Below the pieces are notes generated by a model. The model was not told the DNA's origin and ran no database searches. It worked only from the letters and a program-made list of their open reading frames with translations. Position numbers and translations under genes: made by a program. DNA of 64,000 bases from Candidatus Latescibacterota bacterium (GTDB lineage: Bacteria; Latescibacterota; UBA2968; GCA-2709665). The stretch spans positions 2,445,257 to 2,509,256 of the forward strand of contig CBDDDZ010000005.1 of the NCBI GenBank assembly GCA_965226795.1. The letters run 5' to 3'. Below, piece by piece: positions 21,436 through 32,748 of this stretch (its first letter is position 1; each line of letters opens with the position of its first letter).

Positions 21436-23616
21436 TCATCTCCCCGAGTCCGTCTCCTGCTGCAGATACGAATACACCTGATAATTCCGATACACGAGCT
21501 TCACGTAATTGCGCGTCTCCCGATACGGTATGCTCTCTACGAACTCATCCACGTCGTGCGCCGGGAGCCGACTCGACCATTTCCGCGCCACATCCAACCC
21601 TGCGTTGTAGGCCGATAATGCCAGGCCGAGCCGTCTGTCTTTACTGCTCCTGAAATACCGGAAATGATCGGCCAGATGCCTGGCGCCCAGCCGAATGGAC
21701 GTCTGTGGATTCCACAGATCTTCCGTAGAGATACCTCTGAGACGCAGTTTGCGCGCCATCTGGCGTCCCGTGGCCGGCATCACCTGCATTAATCCGCGTG
21801 CGCCCGCCCGGGACAATGCCATTTCATCAAACGCACTTTCCTGGCGGATAATTGCAAGTACCAGATTGGGGTCGAGCCCGAAATCCTGAGCGGTCCGGCT
21901 GATCTCGCCCAAGTAATAGGTAGGGTACAGTCTGCGAAACGATGTGAGCGTAACCGGCATCCCCCGTTCGCGTTCCAGATTGACGATCAGGCCGGCTATC
22001 CGGAGCGCCTGGTTCATCGCTCCAATGCGTTCAAATCGCCGCTGCAATTCACTCAGGGCGTAGATCTCACTTCTATGCGCCCATCCTGCGTGTCTGTATT
22101 CCTGTTCCGCTTCATCGTAAAGTCCCAGGTCCGCCAACCTGTCTCCTTTCAACAGGTAGGGCGACGGTTCATATGGCGGATGACGTCCGTTGACCCCCTG
22201 AGATGTCGGCGCTGGAGGGCAGGCCCTGTCCTTCAATGCCAGAATCGCCCGCGCCCGGGCAGCATAGTACGAGGTTGGAAATCCGGCTGCGGCCCGACGA
22301 ATCCAATTGGCGCCCAACTCCTTACGGCCTGCCCGCTGATAGGACTTGCCAGCCCAGTAGTAGCCCTGGTCTCTCATGTAATTCTCGGTCGTCCGGTCCG
22401 CCAGCTTCAGAAAGACCCGCGCGGCCTCCTCGAACCGGTCCATTACGTAGAGTGCATAACCCGCACGCCACCTGGCGCGGTCGGCCAGTTGACTTCCGGG
22501 ATAACGAGCGGCCAGATTCAAAAACACTTCGCGTGCCTTTGCGCGCCTTCCCCGCCTCTCATACGCCATTGCGGCCTGCCAGAGCGCCTCGGCAGCCCCC
22601 GGCGTTGCAGGATACTTACGCGCGAACGATTGAAACCGCCCGGCCGCCTTTAAATCGTGCCCCAATTTCACAGAACAGCGGCCCAGATGAAATAATGCCT
22701 TCGGTACCCGGTACCGGCGATGGGCCTCCTGGAACGCGCGTTCCGCCGTACGGTAGTCCTTTCGTTTGTAGTGGGTCAGCCCCAGTTCCTGTTGCGCCCG
22801 ACCCTGCCAGGCGATATCACCGGACTCCTTTACGATCTGTCGAAACATCCGAACCGCTTCTCGAAACCGCCGGTGGCTTGAATAAGCGACCGCCCCGTAA
22901 AACCGTTCCTGTACCGTTCGCAATTGGCCCAGCGAACCCAACGCGTCAAATGCCTCCGGCGACTCCGGATGATCCCGCACGAGGCGTAGCCGAATTCGCT
23001 GCGCCTCCGTGGAATCCCCCGAGACCTCCAACGCACCTGAAAGGCCCGCCAGCGCCTGGACCTCCTGCTGGCTCCCATCGGACAGCCGCCGGTACATCAG
23101 GGCAGCCTCCCGTGCCCGTCCCGCCCGCATCTGGTGCTCGGCCGCCTGGAGTGCCGCGTCCTCCAACAGCCTGCCCGATGGCCGCGTGTCCACAACCCGC
23201 GCAAAATACACCAACGCGCTGTCCGCCCGCCCAAGCCCCTCGTGACATTCCGCCTGCCAGAAATCCATGTAATCGCTAATTCCCGCAGACGCCTTCTCCA
23301 AAGCGCGGAATCCGTTCAATGCGTCTTCAAAGCGCCCGAGCGCCTTCAAACACAGCGCCTGCTGAAGCCGTGCCCTGCGAATCGCCCAATCATCCAACCC
23401 GGTCAAATCCATTCGAGTCAGCATGTGCAACGCGTTCCGGTACGCGGCACGAGCAATCAGCGTCTCTGCCCGGGACAGCGGGTCCAGGCGCTCGCCTCTC
23501 CCCAACCTCCCCGGGACCGTCAGAACAGCCGCCGTCACAAGCGCCAGGGTAATTCCGGCAAGCCAGACCTCCCCTAACCTGACGCCGACAAGGACATTCA
23601 CGGAATGGGATTTCAT
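21436..23616 (-). CDS. Lytic transglycosylase (Slt-like) with long TPR/superhelical N-terminal region
   Basis: C-terminal SLT domain ESAFDEMALSRAGARGLMQVMPATG...SAYNAG; N-terminal signal/TM and TPR-like repeats; 726 aa. Confidence 0.88.
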   Translation of the reverse strand: MKSHSVNVLVGVRLGEVWLAGITLALVTAAVLTVPGRLGRGERLDPLSRAETLIARAAYRNALHMLTRMDLTGLDDWAIRRARLQQALCLKALGRFEDALNGFRALEKASAGISDYMDFWQAECHEGLGRADSALVYFARVVDTRPSGRLLEDAALQAAEHQMRAGRAREAALMYRRLSDGSQQEVQALAGLSGALEVSGDSTEAQRIRLRLVRDHPESPEAFDALGSLGQLRTVQERFYGAVAYSSHRRFREAVRMFRQIVKESGDIAWQGRAQQELGLTHYKRKDYRTAERAFQEAHRRYRVPKALFHLGRCSVKLGHDLKAAGRFQSFARKYPATPGAAEALWQAAMAYERRGRRAKAREVFLNLAARYPGSQLADRARWRAGYALYVMDRFEEAARVFLKLADRTTENYMRDQGYYWAGKSYQRAGRKELGANWIRRAAAGFPTSYYAARARAILALKDRACPPAPTSQGVNGRHPPYEPSPYLLKGDRLADLGLYDEAEQEYRHAGWAHRSEIYALSELQRRFERIGAMNQALRIAGLIVNLERERGMPVTLTSFRRLYPTYYLGEISRTAQDFGLDPNLVLAIIRQESAFDEMALSRAGARGLMQVMPATGRQMARKLRLRGISTEDLWNPQTSIRLGARHLADHFRYFRSSKDRRLGLALSAYNAGLDVARKWSSRLPAHDVDEFVESIPYRETRNYVKLVYRNYQVYSYLQQETDSGR

Positions 23617-23787
23617 GGCTGGTAGACAATCGATGGCATCTGAAGTTCGGGCACGGGTGTCGATGTGTCGGGTACAGGTGTCGAGTATAATCGCGGGGGG
23701 ATGGGATACGAAACGTCAAGGCCGGTCAGAACCTGGCTTATCCGTCGTCCGAGGGACAATTCACGCCGACACTTCGCGTTGCCGTCG

Positions 23788-24018
23788 CTATTGGAATAGC
23801 GGCTCTAAATCCTCAATGACGGCCAGTACGCCAAGGCAGGTGAACACCAGTCCGCAAACGATATTCAGCGTGACGAGGAAAGAACCCATCCTGAACGGTC
23901 TGGGCAGATATTTGCGATCGGTCCATACCATGGCAAAGCACCAGGGTCCGGCCAACAGAACCCCTGTAATATGCAGCGGAATCATCATCATTGAAATCGG
24001 GTTCCAACCCACGCCCAC
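23788..24018 (-). CDS. Hypothetical small membrane protein (2 predicted TM helices)
   Basis: 76 aa, hydrophobic segments; no family recognised. Confidence 0.3.
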   Translation of the reverse strand: MGVGWNPISMMMIPLHITGVLLAGPWCFAMVWTDRKYLPRPFRMGSFLVTLNIVCGLVFTCLGVLAVIEDLEPLFQ

Positions 24019-24251
24019 ACCGTTTCTCCGCTTCCAGTCGTTACCGACGCGATGACGGCCCCGGGTCCGAAGAACTTCAGGAAGTCCAGGGCTCGCCGGG
24101 AGCGCAACTCCGGCGCCAATTCCGGAAAACGCTGCTTCTCTTCCTCAGGATTCACAATAGGCCCCTGCAGGTCTATGCTCTCGCGCTCGATATTGACCCG
24201 GCTTCTATTCCCGGCGCGAACGCCGGAGTCCGTGGTCGGTTCGGGAGTGTA

Positions 24252-25217
24252 CTACCTGATTGCGAACGGATTTCCCGGCGATCCGGTGGCGCCCTTGAGC
24301 CTCAGCGGCGCAAAGACGAACGCGAACTCAAACACGCCGTCTGCCGCCAGTTCGTCCAGGTCGAGATTCTCCAGAATATATACGCCGTTACGCTGGATCA
24401 GCAACTCGTGGACCTCGAACGCCCCGTCCGGATCTTCTCCGGGCACGGCCTCGACCGCCCACGTATCGGCGCCGACCATGACGATTTTCTTTTTCAGCAG
24501 CCACCGCGCGGCTTCCAGCCCGATACCCGGCTGACCCGAGTTGTAAGTCTCGTTGTCCACTTTCCATAAACTTCCATGGCCGGTACGAAACAGTACGACA
24601 TCCCCTTCCGTGACCTCTACACCCTGTTTTTTCAAGGCCCTTTCAATGTCAGCTGCGGTAATCACATAACCCACATCCAACCGCGCCAGCCCCTTGTGGC
24701 CCACCACGTCGACCAGAACGCCCCGGGTGAAAAACACACCCACGTTTTCAACGCCCAGTTTCTCCAGTCCGTAGGCGGTGCCAATCTCCGAACGCCTGAA
24801 TCCATTGTAAAAGATGTCCTCATTGCCCTTGCGCGTACCGATGTGCCCCAATCCATCGAATTGGGTTCCCACCTGTCCGATCTCGCCGCTGAACATTTCG
24901 TCGTGCCAGATCAGCTGGTTCTCTCCGACAGGTCCTCCGGTTGGCGAACCGGGAATGGTCAGACTGTAATGCCGGTTGCCGAAGAGCGGAATTCCCGGCT
25001 CATAAACCCGTCCAAGCTGGTATGTCTTGCCCGCCTGGATCAATCTCGCGGCCCCCAATACCTTCTGCGGGGTCAGCCGGTTCATTGCCCCTCTCTGATC
25101 TCCCGCCCCCCACTCGGACGGCCACCATTTATCGCCGCCGGCCCCTTCCTGTCCGAGGGCTGGAGTCATCACGATCAGGCATCCTGCAAACAACGCACAT
25201 GCAAATCGATTTCGCAT
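24252..25217 (-). CDS. Putative cyclase family protein (kynurenine formamidase-like fold), secreted
   Basis: Signal peptide MRNRFACALFAGCLIVMTPALG; central GTQFDGLGH region resembling the cyclase-family metal-binding motif. Confidence 0.7.
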   Translation of the reverse strand: MRNRFACALFAGCLIVMTPALGQEGAGGDKWWPSEWGAGDQRGAMNRLTPQKVLGAARLIQAGKTYQLGRVYEPGIPLFGNRHYSLTIPGSPTGGPVGENQLIWHDEMFSGEIGQVGTQFDGLGHIGTRKGNEDIFYNGFRRSEIGTAYGLEKLGVENVGVFFTRGVLVDVVGHKGLARLDVGYVITAADIERALKKQGVEVTEGDVVLFRTGHGSLWKVDNETYNSGQPGIGLEAARWLLKKKIVMVGADTWAVEAVPGEDPDGAFEVHELLIQRNGVYILENLDLDELAADGVFEFAFVFAPLRLKGATGSPGNPFAIR

Positions 25218-25428
25218 TCCGGCCTCCTCTCGGGGTTTGGGTCGACACTGTATCGGAACGCACCGGGATTATGATAATACCTCCAAAGTTCAAAGGCAAG
25301 CGCGGAATGCCCATATATCCCCAACGTACAGAAGGGTATTGCGCCTGGACCATGCACATGCTATTTTAGAAGCCGCCCGCCTGGCGGGGTACCGTTTCCG
25401 CACTCTGCATCTTTTTCGAGGCCCTCCA

Positions 25429-26452
25429 ATGAAGACCAAAACGCTAGGGAGGACCGGCCTGGAGATCCCCATTGTGGGTCTGGGTACCGGCTTTATCGGA
25501 ATCGCGGATCCCAACCGCGCGGCATCGGAATACGAGTTCATGGATGCGTGGACCACGGGTCGGCCGAGACCTTCCGGCGAAGGTGCCGGGCAGTCCAGCC
25601 ATATGGATATCGAATTGGGAGTTGCAACGGTGCACGCGGCGATCGAAGCGGGCTCTACGCTGATCGATACCGCGCCGCTGTACGGTTCGGGCAACAGCGA
25701 ATCCATTATTGGCCGGGCCCTCAGGCGACGTCCCGACCTCGCAAAACGATGCGCGGTTACCACAAAGGTCGGGCAGACGGCCGACGGACGGAACTATTCC
25801 TACGACGCCGTTATGCGGCAGGTAGAGGGAAGCCAGGACCGGCTGGGCATCGACGCCTTCGAAGTTCTCTACATCCGTGGACGACGCCATGGACATACCC
25901 GTAAAAGACGTTATGGGAAAGAATCGCGCCCTCGGCGCCCTTCGAAAACTGCAGGACACGGGCGTCACACGTTGTGTCGGCACCGCCGCCAACGACCCCC
26001 GCACCAACGCCTGGTACATCGAAACGGGGGAATTCGATGCCGCCGTCGTTCCGGAAGCGCTCAGCCTCATCAATCAGCTTGCCGCCGATCGAATCCTGCC
26101 GGCGGCGGTCAGACACAACGTGGGCCTCCTGATCGCCACACCCGTAGAACGGGGGCTGCTTGCCACCGGTCCTGTAGACGGCATCAACTACCTCGCCCGG
26201 AAATTCAGCCAGACCTGCCTGGACCACGTGGCGAGAATCCAGGACCTTTGCACGAGCCACGGCGTCCCCATGGTTGCGGCAGCCCTTCAATGGTGCACAC
26301 GACATCCACAGGTTGCCGCCACCATCCCCGGCGCCCGTGTTCCGTCCGAGGCCCGTGCCAATGCCAACGCCGGAGCCGTTGATATACCTGAAGCATTCTG
26401 GATAGATCTCGGCCACCTCATCCGCCACTTTGAAGTCGACGTGGACCGGTAG
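25429..26452 (+). pseudogene. Aldo/keto reductase interrupted by a +1 frameshift near 25872-25878
   Basis: N-terminal AKR sequence (MKTKTLGRTGLEIPIVGLGTG...LIDTAPLYGSGNSE) in frame 1 up to ...AFEVLYI; the family continues in another frame from 25877 (DDAMDIPVKDVMG...LIATPVERGLLATG...IPGARVPSEARANA). Frame 1 then runs on through Arg-rich nonsense. Confidence 0.75.
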
Positions 26453-26506
26453 GCCCGAATCGCGCCGGGCACCGCACGCAATTGAAGTATCAGGGCTCTC
26501 CATCTT

Positions 26507-27397
26507 ATGTCTTTAAAACTGACCCTCCTGGGCACCGGAACTCCCACCCCTCTTTTCCACCGCGCAGGTTCCGGCTACCTCGTCACCTTCGACGAGGAAG
26601 TCCTGCTGTTCGACTGCGGCCCGGGTGTCGCACGACGCCTCCTCGAAGCGGCGGTCCCTCCCCAGGCGTTGACGCGCCTCTTCCTTACCCACCTCCACTA
26701 CGACCACTGCGTGGACTACGCATGTATCGTACTCACCCGCTGGGATCAGGGTGCGGGAAAGATCCCGGAGCTTGAGGTATTCGGTCCGGCTCCTTTGAAA
26801 CGCATGACCGAACGGCTCCTCGGATCCGACGGCGCCTTCGGTCCCGACCTCGACGCCCGGACACGGCACCCCGGCAGCGAGTTCGTTTACGAACGGCGGG
26901 GCGGAATTCTGCCCCGGAAACGCCCCGACCCCCTCGTCACCGAAGTTGCGGACGGCTCATGCATTCAGGGTGGTAACTGGCGAGTCGAAACCGCCGAAGT
27001 CATCCATGTCCAACCGCAGCTCACTTGCCTGGCCTTCCGGCTGGACACACCCTACGGGACGATTGTTTTCGGAGGAGACACGGCGCCGACCCGCCGCCTG
27101 ACGGACCTGGCGCGGGATGCGGACGTCCTCATCCACATGTGCCACTTGATCAACGACGTTGAACTCGACCCGCGAATCACAGGTTGCTGTTCCGGACACC
27201 TCGACGCCGCCCGGACCGCCTCGGAAGCGGACGTCGGCACCCTTGTCCTGACTCACGTCACCGAACAACTGGAACCACCCGGCGTCCGTGAACGCCTCGT
27301 GGCCGAAGCCGCGCGCATTTTCGGCGGCCACATCGTCTTCGCGGAAGATCTCATGGAAGTGCCCGTGGGTCCCATCGATCCGAAGCCCATTCAGTAG
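26507..27397 (+). CDS. MBL-fold metallo-hydrolase
   Basis: LFLTHLHYDH (HxHxDH) plus downstream His/Asp ligands; 296 aa. Confidence 0.85.
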   Translation: MSLKLTLLGTGTPTPLFHRAGSGYLVTFDEEVLLFDCGPGVARRLLEAAVPPQALTRLFLTHLHYDHCVDYACIVLTRWDQGAGKIPELEVFGPAPLKRMTERLLGSDGAFGPDLDARTRHPGSEFVYERRGGILPRKRPDPLVTEVADGSCIQGGNWRVETAEVIHVQPQLTCLAFRLDTPYGTIVFGGDTAPTRRLTDLARDADVLIHMCHLINDVELDPRITGCCSGHLDAARTASEADVGTLVLTHVTEQLEPPGVRERLVAEAARIFGGHIVFAEDLMEVPVGPIDPKPIQ

Positions 27398-27478
27398 CCT
27401 GTATGGGGCGCACTGCGTCCGCCCTGTTTCGCGATTTCCTTTTTTCAATCCCACGACTCATATGTCAGGAGTTTCCAG

Positions 27479-28843
27479 ATGAGGGCCCTCATCCTGGCCG
27501 CCGGAAAAGGCGACCGATTCTATCCCTTCAACCACTATCGTCCCAAGCCCATGTTTCCCGTATGCAACCGGCCCCTGCTGGAGTGGATCGTCGAACGCAT
27601 CGTTGGCGCGGGCATCACGGACGTGGGCATCGTCGTCGGCCATCGACAGGGTCGCATACGAAACCATTTTTCCGACGGCGACAGGTTCGGATGCAGGATT
27701 ACCTTTATTGAACAGGGGGAACAACTCGGCACGGCCCACGCCGTCTGCGCCGCGGCAGGCTTCATCGGCAACGACGACTTTCTGGTCGTCTACGGCGACG
27801 TCTTCTTCGAGCCGATCATCCTTTCGCAACTCCTTGATGCATTCTCCGACCGTTCCGTTGCCGCGGTACACCATAGCGAGCAGCTCAACCGGCGCATTCG
27901 CGTGGAAACCGATACCCGTGAAAACATCGTCAACTACACCTGGAAGCCCCGGTCATCCACCGGCACCGCGCTGTCGGGCCTTTTCATATTCAGGAACGGC
28001 GCGCTTCAGGATCTTGCCAGTACGTCGGATTTTGTATCGAATGTACAAAACGGCGTCACGCCGCCCGAGGGCCACGAAATCGCCGATGCCCTGCCGCTCA
28101 TGTTCCGGGAAGGCCGGCCCGCCGCCGCCGTCCGCACGGAAGGTACGTGCTTCGACATGGACATGCCGTGGGAACCCCTGGCCGTCTGTCGTCTGGCCTT
28201 GCGTGAAATGGCCAGGGACCTGCAGGACTCTCAGACAGCGGCAACGGCGCGGATCGATCCCGGCGCGCACATCGACGGCCCGGTGTTTGTCGACGATGGC
28301 GCGACAATCTCAGCCGGCGCACGTATCAGCGGACCGGCCTGGATCGGCAGAAACACGCATGTTTTCGAAGGTTCCCAGATTGCGTCGGGCACCGTTATCG
28401 GAGACGACTGCCGGATAGGGCCCTTCGCGAAGGTCTCTGGTTTTGTTGACCGCAACAACCACATCACCTTTCTCGGCGAGTTCAGTGGCGTCATTCTGGC
28501 CGGCGGTCGAATCACCCACCAGATGCAAATTGCCGGTATCTATGGCGAAGGCGCGGAATTCGGCGCCGGCACCCAGGTGGGTACGCTCCGATTCGACGAT
28601 GGACCCACGCAGGTTGAAGTGAAAGGAATCCGTCGTCCCGCGCCAGGATTCTCCGGCGCCCTCTTCGGCGACTACGCGCGCACCGGCGTGGGAACCATCC
28701 TCATGCCCGGCCGCATTGCCGGCCCCGGCGCCATGGTCGGTCCCGGCGTCGTTCTGATGAAAAACGCGCCAGCTCACAAGGCCGTTATTCTGAAGCAGGA
28801 GCATCAGGAAATAGACTGGGGGCCGGAAATCTACGATCGTTAA
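27479..28843 (+). CDS. Sugar-phosphate nucleotidyltransferase with C-terminal left-handed beta-helix (GlmU/RmlA-like)
   Basis: N-terminal MRALILAAGKGDRFYPF...KPMFPV NTP-transferase signature (variant GKGDRF); C-terminal hexapeptide repeats (IGDDCRIGPFAKVSGFV...). Confidence 0.8.
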   Translation: MRALILAAGKGDRFYPFNHYRPKPMFPVCNRPLLEWIVERIVGAGITDVGIVVGHRQGRIRNHFSDGDRFGCRITFIEQGEQLGTAHAVCAAAGFIGNDDFLVVYGDVFFEPIILSQLLDAFSDRSVAAVHHSEQLNRRIRVETDTRENIVNYTWKPRSSTGTALSGLFIFRNGALQDLASTSDFVSNVQNGVTPPEGHEIADALPLMFREGRPAAAVRTEGTCFDMDMPWEPLAVCRLALREMARDLQDSQTAATARIDPGAHIDGPVFVDDGATISAGARISGPAWIGRNTHVFEGSQIASGTVIGDDCRIGPFAKVSGFVDRNNHITFLGEFSGVILAGGRITHQMQIAGIYGEGAEFGAGTQVGTLRFDDGPTQVEVKGIRRPAPGFSGALFGDYARTGVGTILMPGRIAGPGAMVGPGVVLMKNAPAHKAVILKQEHQEIDWGPEIYDR

Positions 28844-28962
28844 GATTCTACTCTAAATCCCCGGTGCGTTCCCGAGCACGAGCGAAAACGTATCGGTCGA
28901 CGCCTTTCCAGCCGCGCGAAGACCGCTGGGGGTGTTAAGACAGCTTCCAAGACGGAGGGTCG

Positions 28963-30714
28963 ATGCAACGCGACCATATCGTAACCGAGATTCGCCGGCG
29001 CGCCGATCGCTACAGACCCCAGACCCATCTGATTGCCGACTATTACAGGATTCGGCGGAAAATCGCTTACCCCCTTCCGATCCGCAGGATTGATCTGCCC
29101 GGTCTGCCGGTACCCGGCATCAATGCGTATCCCTGGGCCATATGGATGACCTGGAGCCTGGAAGAGCGAGTCCTCAGCCTCGGGTGGGCGGGGTCCTGGT
29201 TCCGCGACGAACAGGCGCGCCGGTTGGCCGTCGCCGACTTGGACGCTCTGGCCGAATGGCCGTGCTACCGCCAGTTTCCGATGCCCGACCTGAGTTCGGG
29301 TCATGCGCTGCGCATCCTCTGGCTGGCCTACACCCGGTGGGACTGGCTGCCCGGGAGCCTGTCGGGAAAGATCGAACGGGCGTTTCACCGCCACATTGAA
29401 GACACGCTCCCGTTGTCCGACGCCAGACACGGTGCGTTTCAGAGCAAGGACGATATCCTCGCCCTGGACGAACCCCACACCGTGCTGCACAACATCCCGT
29501 TCATCGGCACGGTCGGCCTCGCCCTGGCCGCCAACTGCATTGCGCATCCCGCCGCAGACACATTGAACCGCAGGCTGGAGGCGCTCCTTGGCGCGATCCT
29601 GGATCTGCGCAAGACCGGTCATTCGGAGGGGATCGGTTACGACGGGTACATCCTGGACTTCGCCGCCGATTGGCTAGGGACACTCTCCAGGACCAGACGC
29701 ACGGCCCTGCTGGACCATCCGCGCTTTGGCGACGTCCTGGATGAGTCCATCGCGCTCGGGGCGCCCGGCAACATCGCGAATATTGCCCAGTTAAGCGATG
29801 CGGAACCCCGGGAGATGCCGTTCCACGTATCCTGCCACGCCAAACTCTACCAGTACCGGCCCTCGCCGCGTACGGGCTGGTACCTGAAACGCTGCCCCCT
29901 GCGCTGGTTGCGCGCCGACGCCCTGGGTGCGCTCCACGAGGTAGCCGAGGATCTTAAATGTGAGCCGCCCGAAGCCGGGGCTATCGATGCGCACTATGCG
30001 GTCGTGCTCAGGAGCGGATGGGAATCTGACGACCTGGCGGTGGCCATTGCGGCGAGCAACTCGAAGATGAGCCACATCCACAACGACAACGGCTCCATCG
30101 TCGTCGGCGCCGGAGGCCGCTGGCCGATATCCGACCCCGGCTATCAACAATATATGAAGAAAAGAGAACGTGAATTCACCCTGGGGCTCACGGCACACAA
30201 TGCGCCTGTCATCAACGGTATGGCGCAGACGGTGAAGCCGGAAATCCGCCGGGTCGCCCTGCGGCGGCGCGATGAAACGACGTATATGGCCGAATTGGAC
30301 CTGACGGCATGTTATCCCGCCGGACTGGCGTTGAAACGGGTCGTTCGAACGCTCTGGCTTTCGCAAAAGAACCTGGTTGTCCTCGCCGACCGCGTTCGCG
30401 GCGCCGCTGTCGAAACCATCACCTATCACTGGCACGGGCACCCCGACGCGGCCTGGTGGGTACAGGACGACATGGCCCGGATCTACGCGCCCGACCTAAC
30501 GCTATGGATTGGCTCGCCCCAGGCACGGATCACAGACGGGAACGTAGACCGGCTTCTCGGTTCCAGAGGCCACCTTACACTCAGCGCGAGTGCAGATTCA
30601 TCAGCGCCGTTCGTCTGGTGGATATTCGCGAAAGGCGATGCGCGGCCCGCCGTGACTGTACACGAACGGGGGTACGGGATACGCGTCGACGGTCGCAGTT
30701 TTCGGATTCAATGA
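28963..30714 (+). CDS. Heparinase II/III-like (alginate-lyase-superfamily) protein, no signal peptide
   Basis: C-terminal SHIHNDNGSIVVG motif characteristic of the Hepar_II_III domain; N-terminal alpha/alpha-toroid-like region; 583 aa. Confidence 0.75.
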   Translation: MQRDHIVTEIRRRADRYRPQTHLIADYYRIRRKIAYPLPIRRIDLPGLPVPGINAYPWAIWMTWSLEERVLSLGWAGSWFRDEQARRLAVADLDALAEWPCYRQFPMPDLSSGHALRILWLAYTRWDWLPGSLSGKIERAFHRHIEDTLPLSDARHGAFQSKDDILALDEPHTVLHNIPFIGTVGLALAANCIAHPAADTLNRRLEALLGAILDLRKTGHSEGIGYDGYILDFAADWLGTLSRTRRTALLDHPRFGDVLDESIALGAPGNIANIAQLSDAEPREMPFHVSCHAKLYQYRPSPRTGWYLKRCPLRWLRADALGALHEVAEDLKCEPPEAGAIDAHYAVVLRSGWESDDLAVAIAASNSKMSHIHNDNGSIVVGAGGRWPISDPGYQQYMKKREREFTLGLTAHNAPVINGMAQTVKPEIRRVALRRRDETTYMAELDLTACYPAGLALKRVVRTLWLSQKNLVVLADRVRGAAVETITYHWHGHPDAAWWVQDDMARIYAPDLTLWIGSPQARITDGNVDRLLGSRGHLTLSASADSSAPFVWWIFAKGDARPAVTVHERGYGIRVDGRSFRIQ

Positions 30715-30775
30715 ACCTACACATCGGACGGACATCCATGGCCGCCGTCAGCGATCGAAGAGCAGGAACTTCCGA

Positions 30776-32707
30776 ATGAAAGCTTCCAAAATCTGCGACG
30801 TCCCTTTCCTGGCGCCCTCCAATTCCCCGGGGGAACTCATATTCGACCCCAAACTCGGCCGCCGGGTGCTCTACCAGTCCATGTTCTCCGCGGTTCCGGG
30901 GCGTCCACCCGCCCTGGTACGCACCGACTTCGAACGCCACGAATATGCGTCCTTTGCCCAGCCGGACGGCCGCGGGACCTGGAAGGTCCGACTCCTGTCC
31001 GATAATAAAATCTGGTTCGGCATGAACGGCCCGGGGCAACTCGCCTGTTTCAACCCGATCACCGAGTCCTACGAAGACATCCCGCCCCATAGCCCGACAA
31101 CGAAAAACTCTCACCTCACGGATGTCGTCGAAGGATCGGACGGACGGCTGTACATGCCAGGCTTCCCCTCCGGCGACTGTGTGGCCTACGACCGGGATAC
31201 CGGCGAATACAGAGAAGTCGCGGTCGAGGAGAGAAACCACCAGCTCTTCGCCGCATGTCTCACCGACGGTGGGCACATCGGCATTCTCAACGGCCTTCAG
31301 CACGGGGTCTACGCCCTCGACCCGCGCAGCGACGAAGTTAACGTGGTGTCGCCGCCCCACCTTACCGGTCGGCCGGACGCCTACAGCGGCTTCCTGCGCC
31401 TCGGGGACCAGTTCCTGGTCACGCTCGGCCACCCCGACGGCGGTATTGAAATCTGTCGTTTCTCCGCGCTCGACCTCAGCTTTCTCGGTTCCTTCGTTGT
31501 CACGACCGCGGTTACCTCCGGACGAAACCTGATGGCCTCGCCGGACGGCCGCGTTTTTATGAGCGTGGACGACGGCTACATTTACGCCATTGACCTGGAA
31601 ATGGAAACCGCCGAACTGGCCTGCCGTATCCGTGGCGTTCCCAGCCGGGGCCACTACCACTTTCTGGACGAGAATCGGGTTATCTTCGCCGGCCATTCAC
31701 AGTATTACGGCATTTGCGACATCCGAACCGCCGAACTAGACCTCCGCCGGACCGAGATCGAAAACCCCCGTATCGGCATCTTTTCCATCCTTCCGGTCTC
31801 GTCCGGAAATATGTACTGCTCGGCCCATCTGGGCCTTTCCCTCTCACGCGTGGATCCGAAGTCGGGACGGGCAGATATATTGGGCCTGACGTACAATGGC
31901 TCCGGCGAAATCTACGGCAGCGCCGAAGCCCACGGCAATATCTACAGCATCGCCTACACCCACAACGTCCTTACCGTATACGACCCGAATCGACCCTGGC
32001 GGCCCGGCCCCGCGGAGGGCGACAACCCCCGGAATCTGGGCCCGATGGGAGAAGAGCAGTACCGCCCTGTAACCGGCATTATCAATGGGCCAGGAGACAG
32101 ACTCTACATCGGATCCATGCCGGACTATGGGGCCCGGGGTGGCGCACTTACCGTCATCGATCCTGCAGATAACAGTCACAAATCCTACCGCCACCTGATC
32201 CCCGACCATTCCATTTTGGGCCTGACCGTCGGCCCCGAACACGTGTATCTCGGCACCAGCATCATCGCGGACGGCTATATCCGGCCTTCCGAAGGCGACG
32301 CCTGTTTTCTGATTTTCGATCCCGATCGTGAAAACGTCCTGTTCGAACAGGAAATCGAGGGCGCCCGCAGCCTTATAACCATGGGATGTGGCGCCGACAG
32401 TGTCTTTTTCTGGACCGACGACCACGCGGGCGGCAACCGCTTTTTCGTCTGCCGCCTTGCTGACCGCGCCTTCCACACCCTCAGCACCTCGCTCACCAGC
32501 GGCAGACCTCACAACCGGCCCATGGTCACCGGCGCGGACGGCAACCTCTACTTCACCCACGGTAACCGCATTGTTCGACTCGATCCCCGAACCGAAGAAC
32601 TCGCCATTGCCCACACCGCGGACTCTCGCGAGACGCCGATTCTGGCCGCCACAGGCAACGGTATCCTGTTCTCCCAACGCCACGAACTCTGGCTTGGTAC
32701 TATATAG
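30776..32707 (+). CDS. Hypothetical large beta-propeller protein (NHL/SGL/Vgb-lyase-like repeats)
   Basis: Repeated ~45-aa units with DG(R/N)LY/ DGxIY / GNLYFT signatures across 643 aa; no signal peptide. Confidence 0.6.
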   Translation: MKASKICDVPFLAPSNSPGELIFDPKLGRRVLYQSMFSAVPGRPPALVRTDFERHEYASFAQPDGRGTWKVRLLSDNKIWFGMNGPGQLACFNPITESYEDIPPHSPTTKNSHLTDVVEGSDGRLYMPGFPSGDCVAYDRDTGEYREVAVEERNHQLFAACLTDGGHIGILNGLQHGVYALDPRSDEVNVVSPPHLTGRPDAYSGFLRLGDQFLVTLGHPDGGIEICRFSALDLSFLGSFVVTTAVTSGRNLMASPDGRVFMSVDDGYIYAIDLEMETAELACRIRGVPSRGHYHFLDENRVIFAGHSQYYGICDIRTAELDLRRTEIENPRIGIFSILPVSSGNMYCSAHLGLSLSRVDPKSGRADILGLTYNGSGEIYGSAEAHGNIYSIAYTHNVLTVYDPNRPWRPGPAEGDNPRNLGPMGEEQYRPVTGIINGPGDRLYIGSMPDYGARGGALTVIDPADNSHKSYRHLIPDHSILGLTVGPEHVYLGTSIIADGYIRPSEGDACFLIFDPDRENVLFEQEIEGARSLITMGCGADSVFFWTDDHAGGNRFFVCRLADRAFHTLSTSLTSGRPHNRPMVTGADGNLYFTHGNRIVRLDPRTEELAIAHTADSRETPILAATGNGILFSQRHELWLGTI

Positions 32708-32748
32708 GTTGGGTCACACGCACCGTACTCTCAATAACGGAACCCGAC

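Noticed and set aside
22203-23279. 358-aa Pro/Arg-rich plus-strand ORF
   Set aside because: Antisense shadow of the lytic transglycosylase gene.
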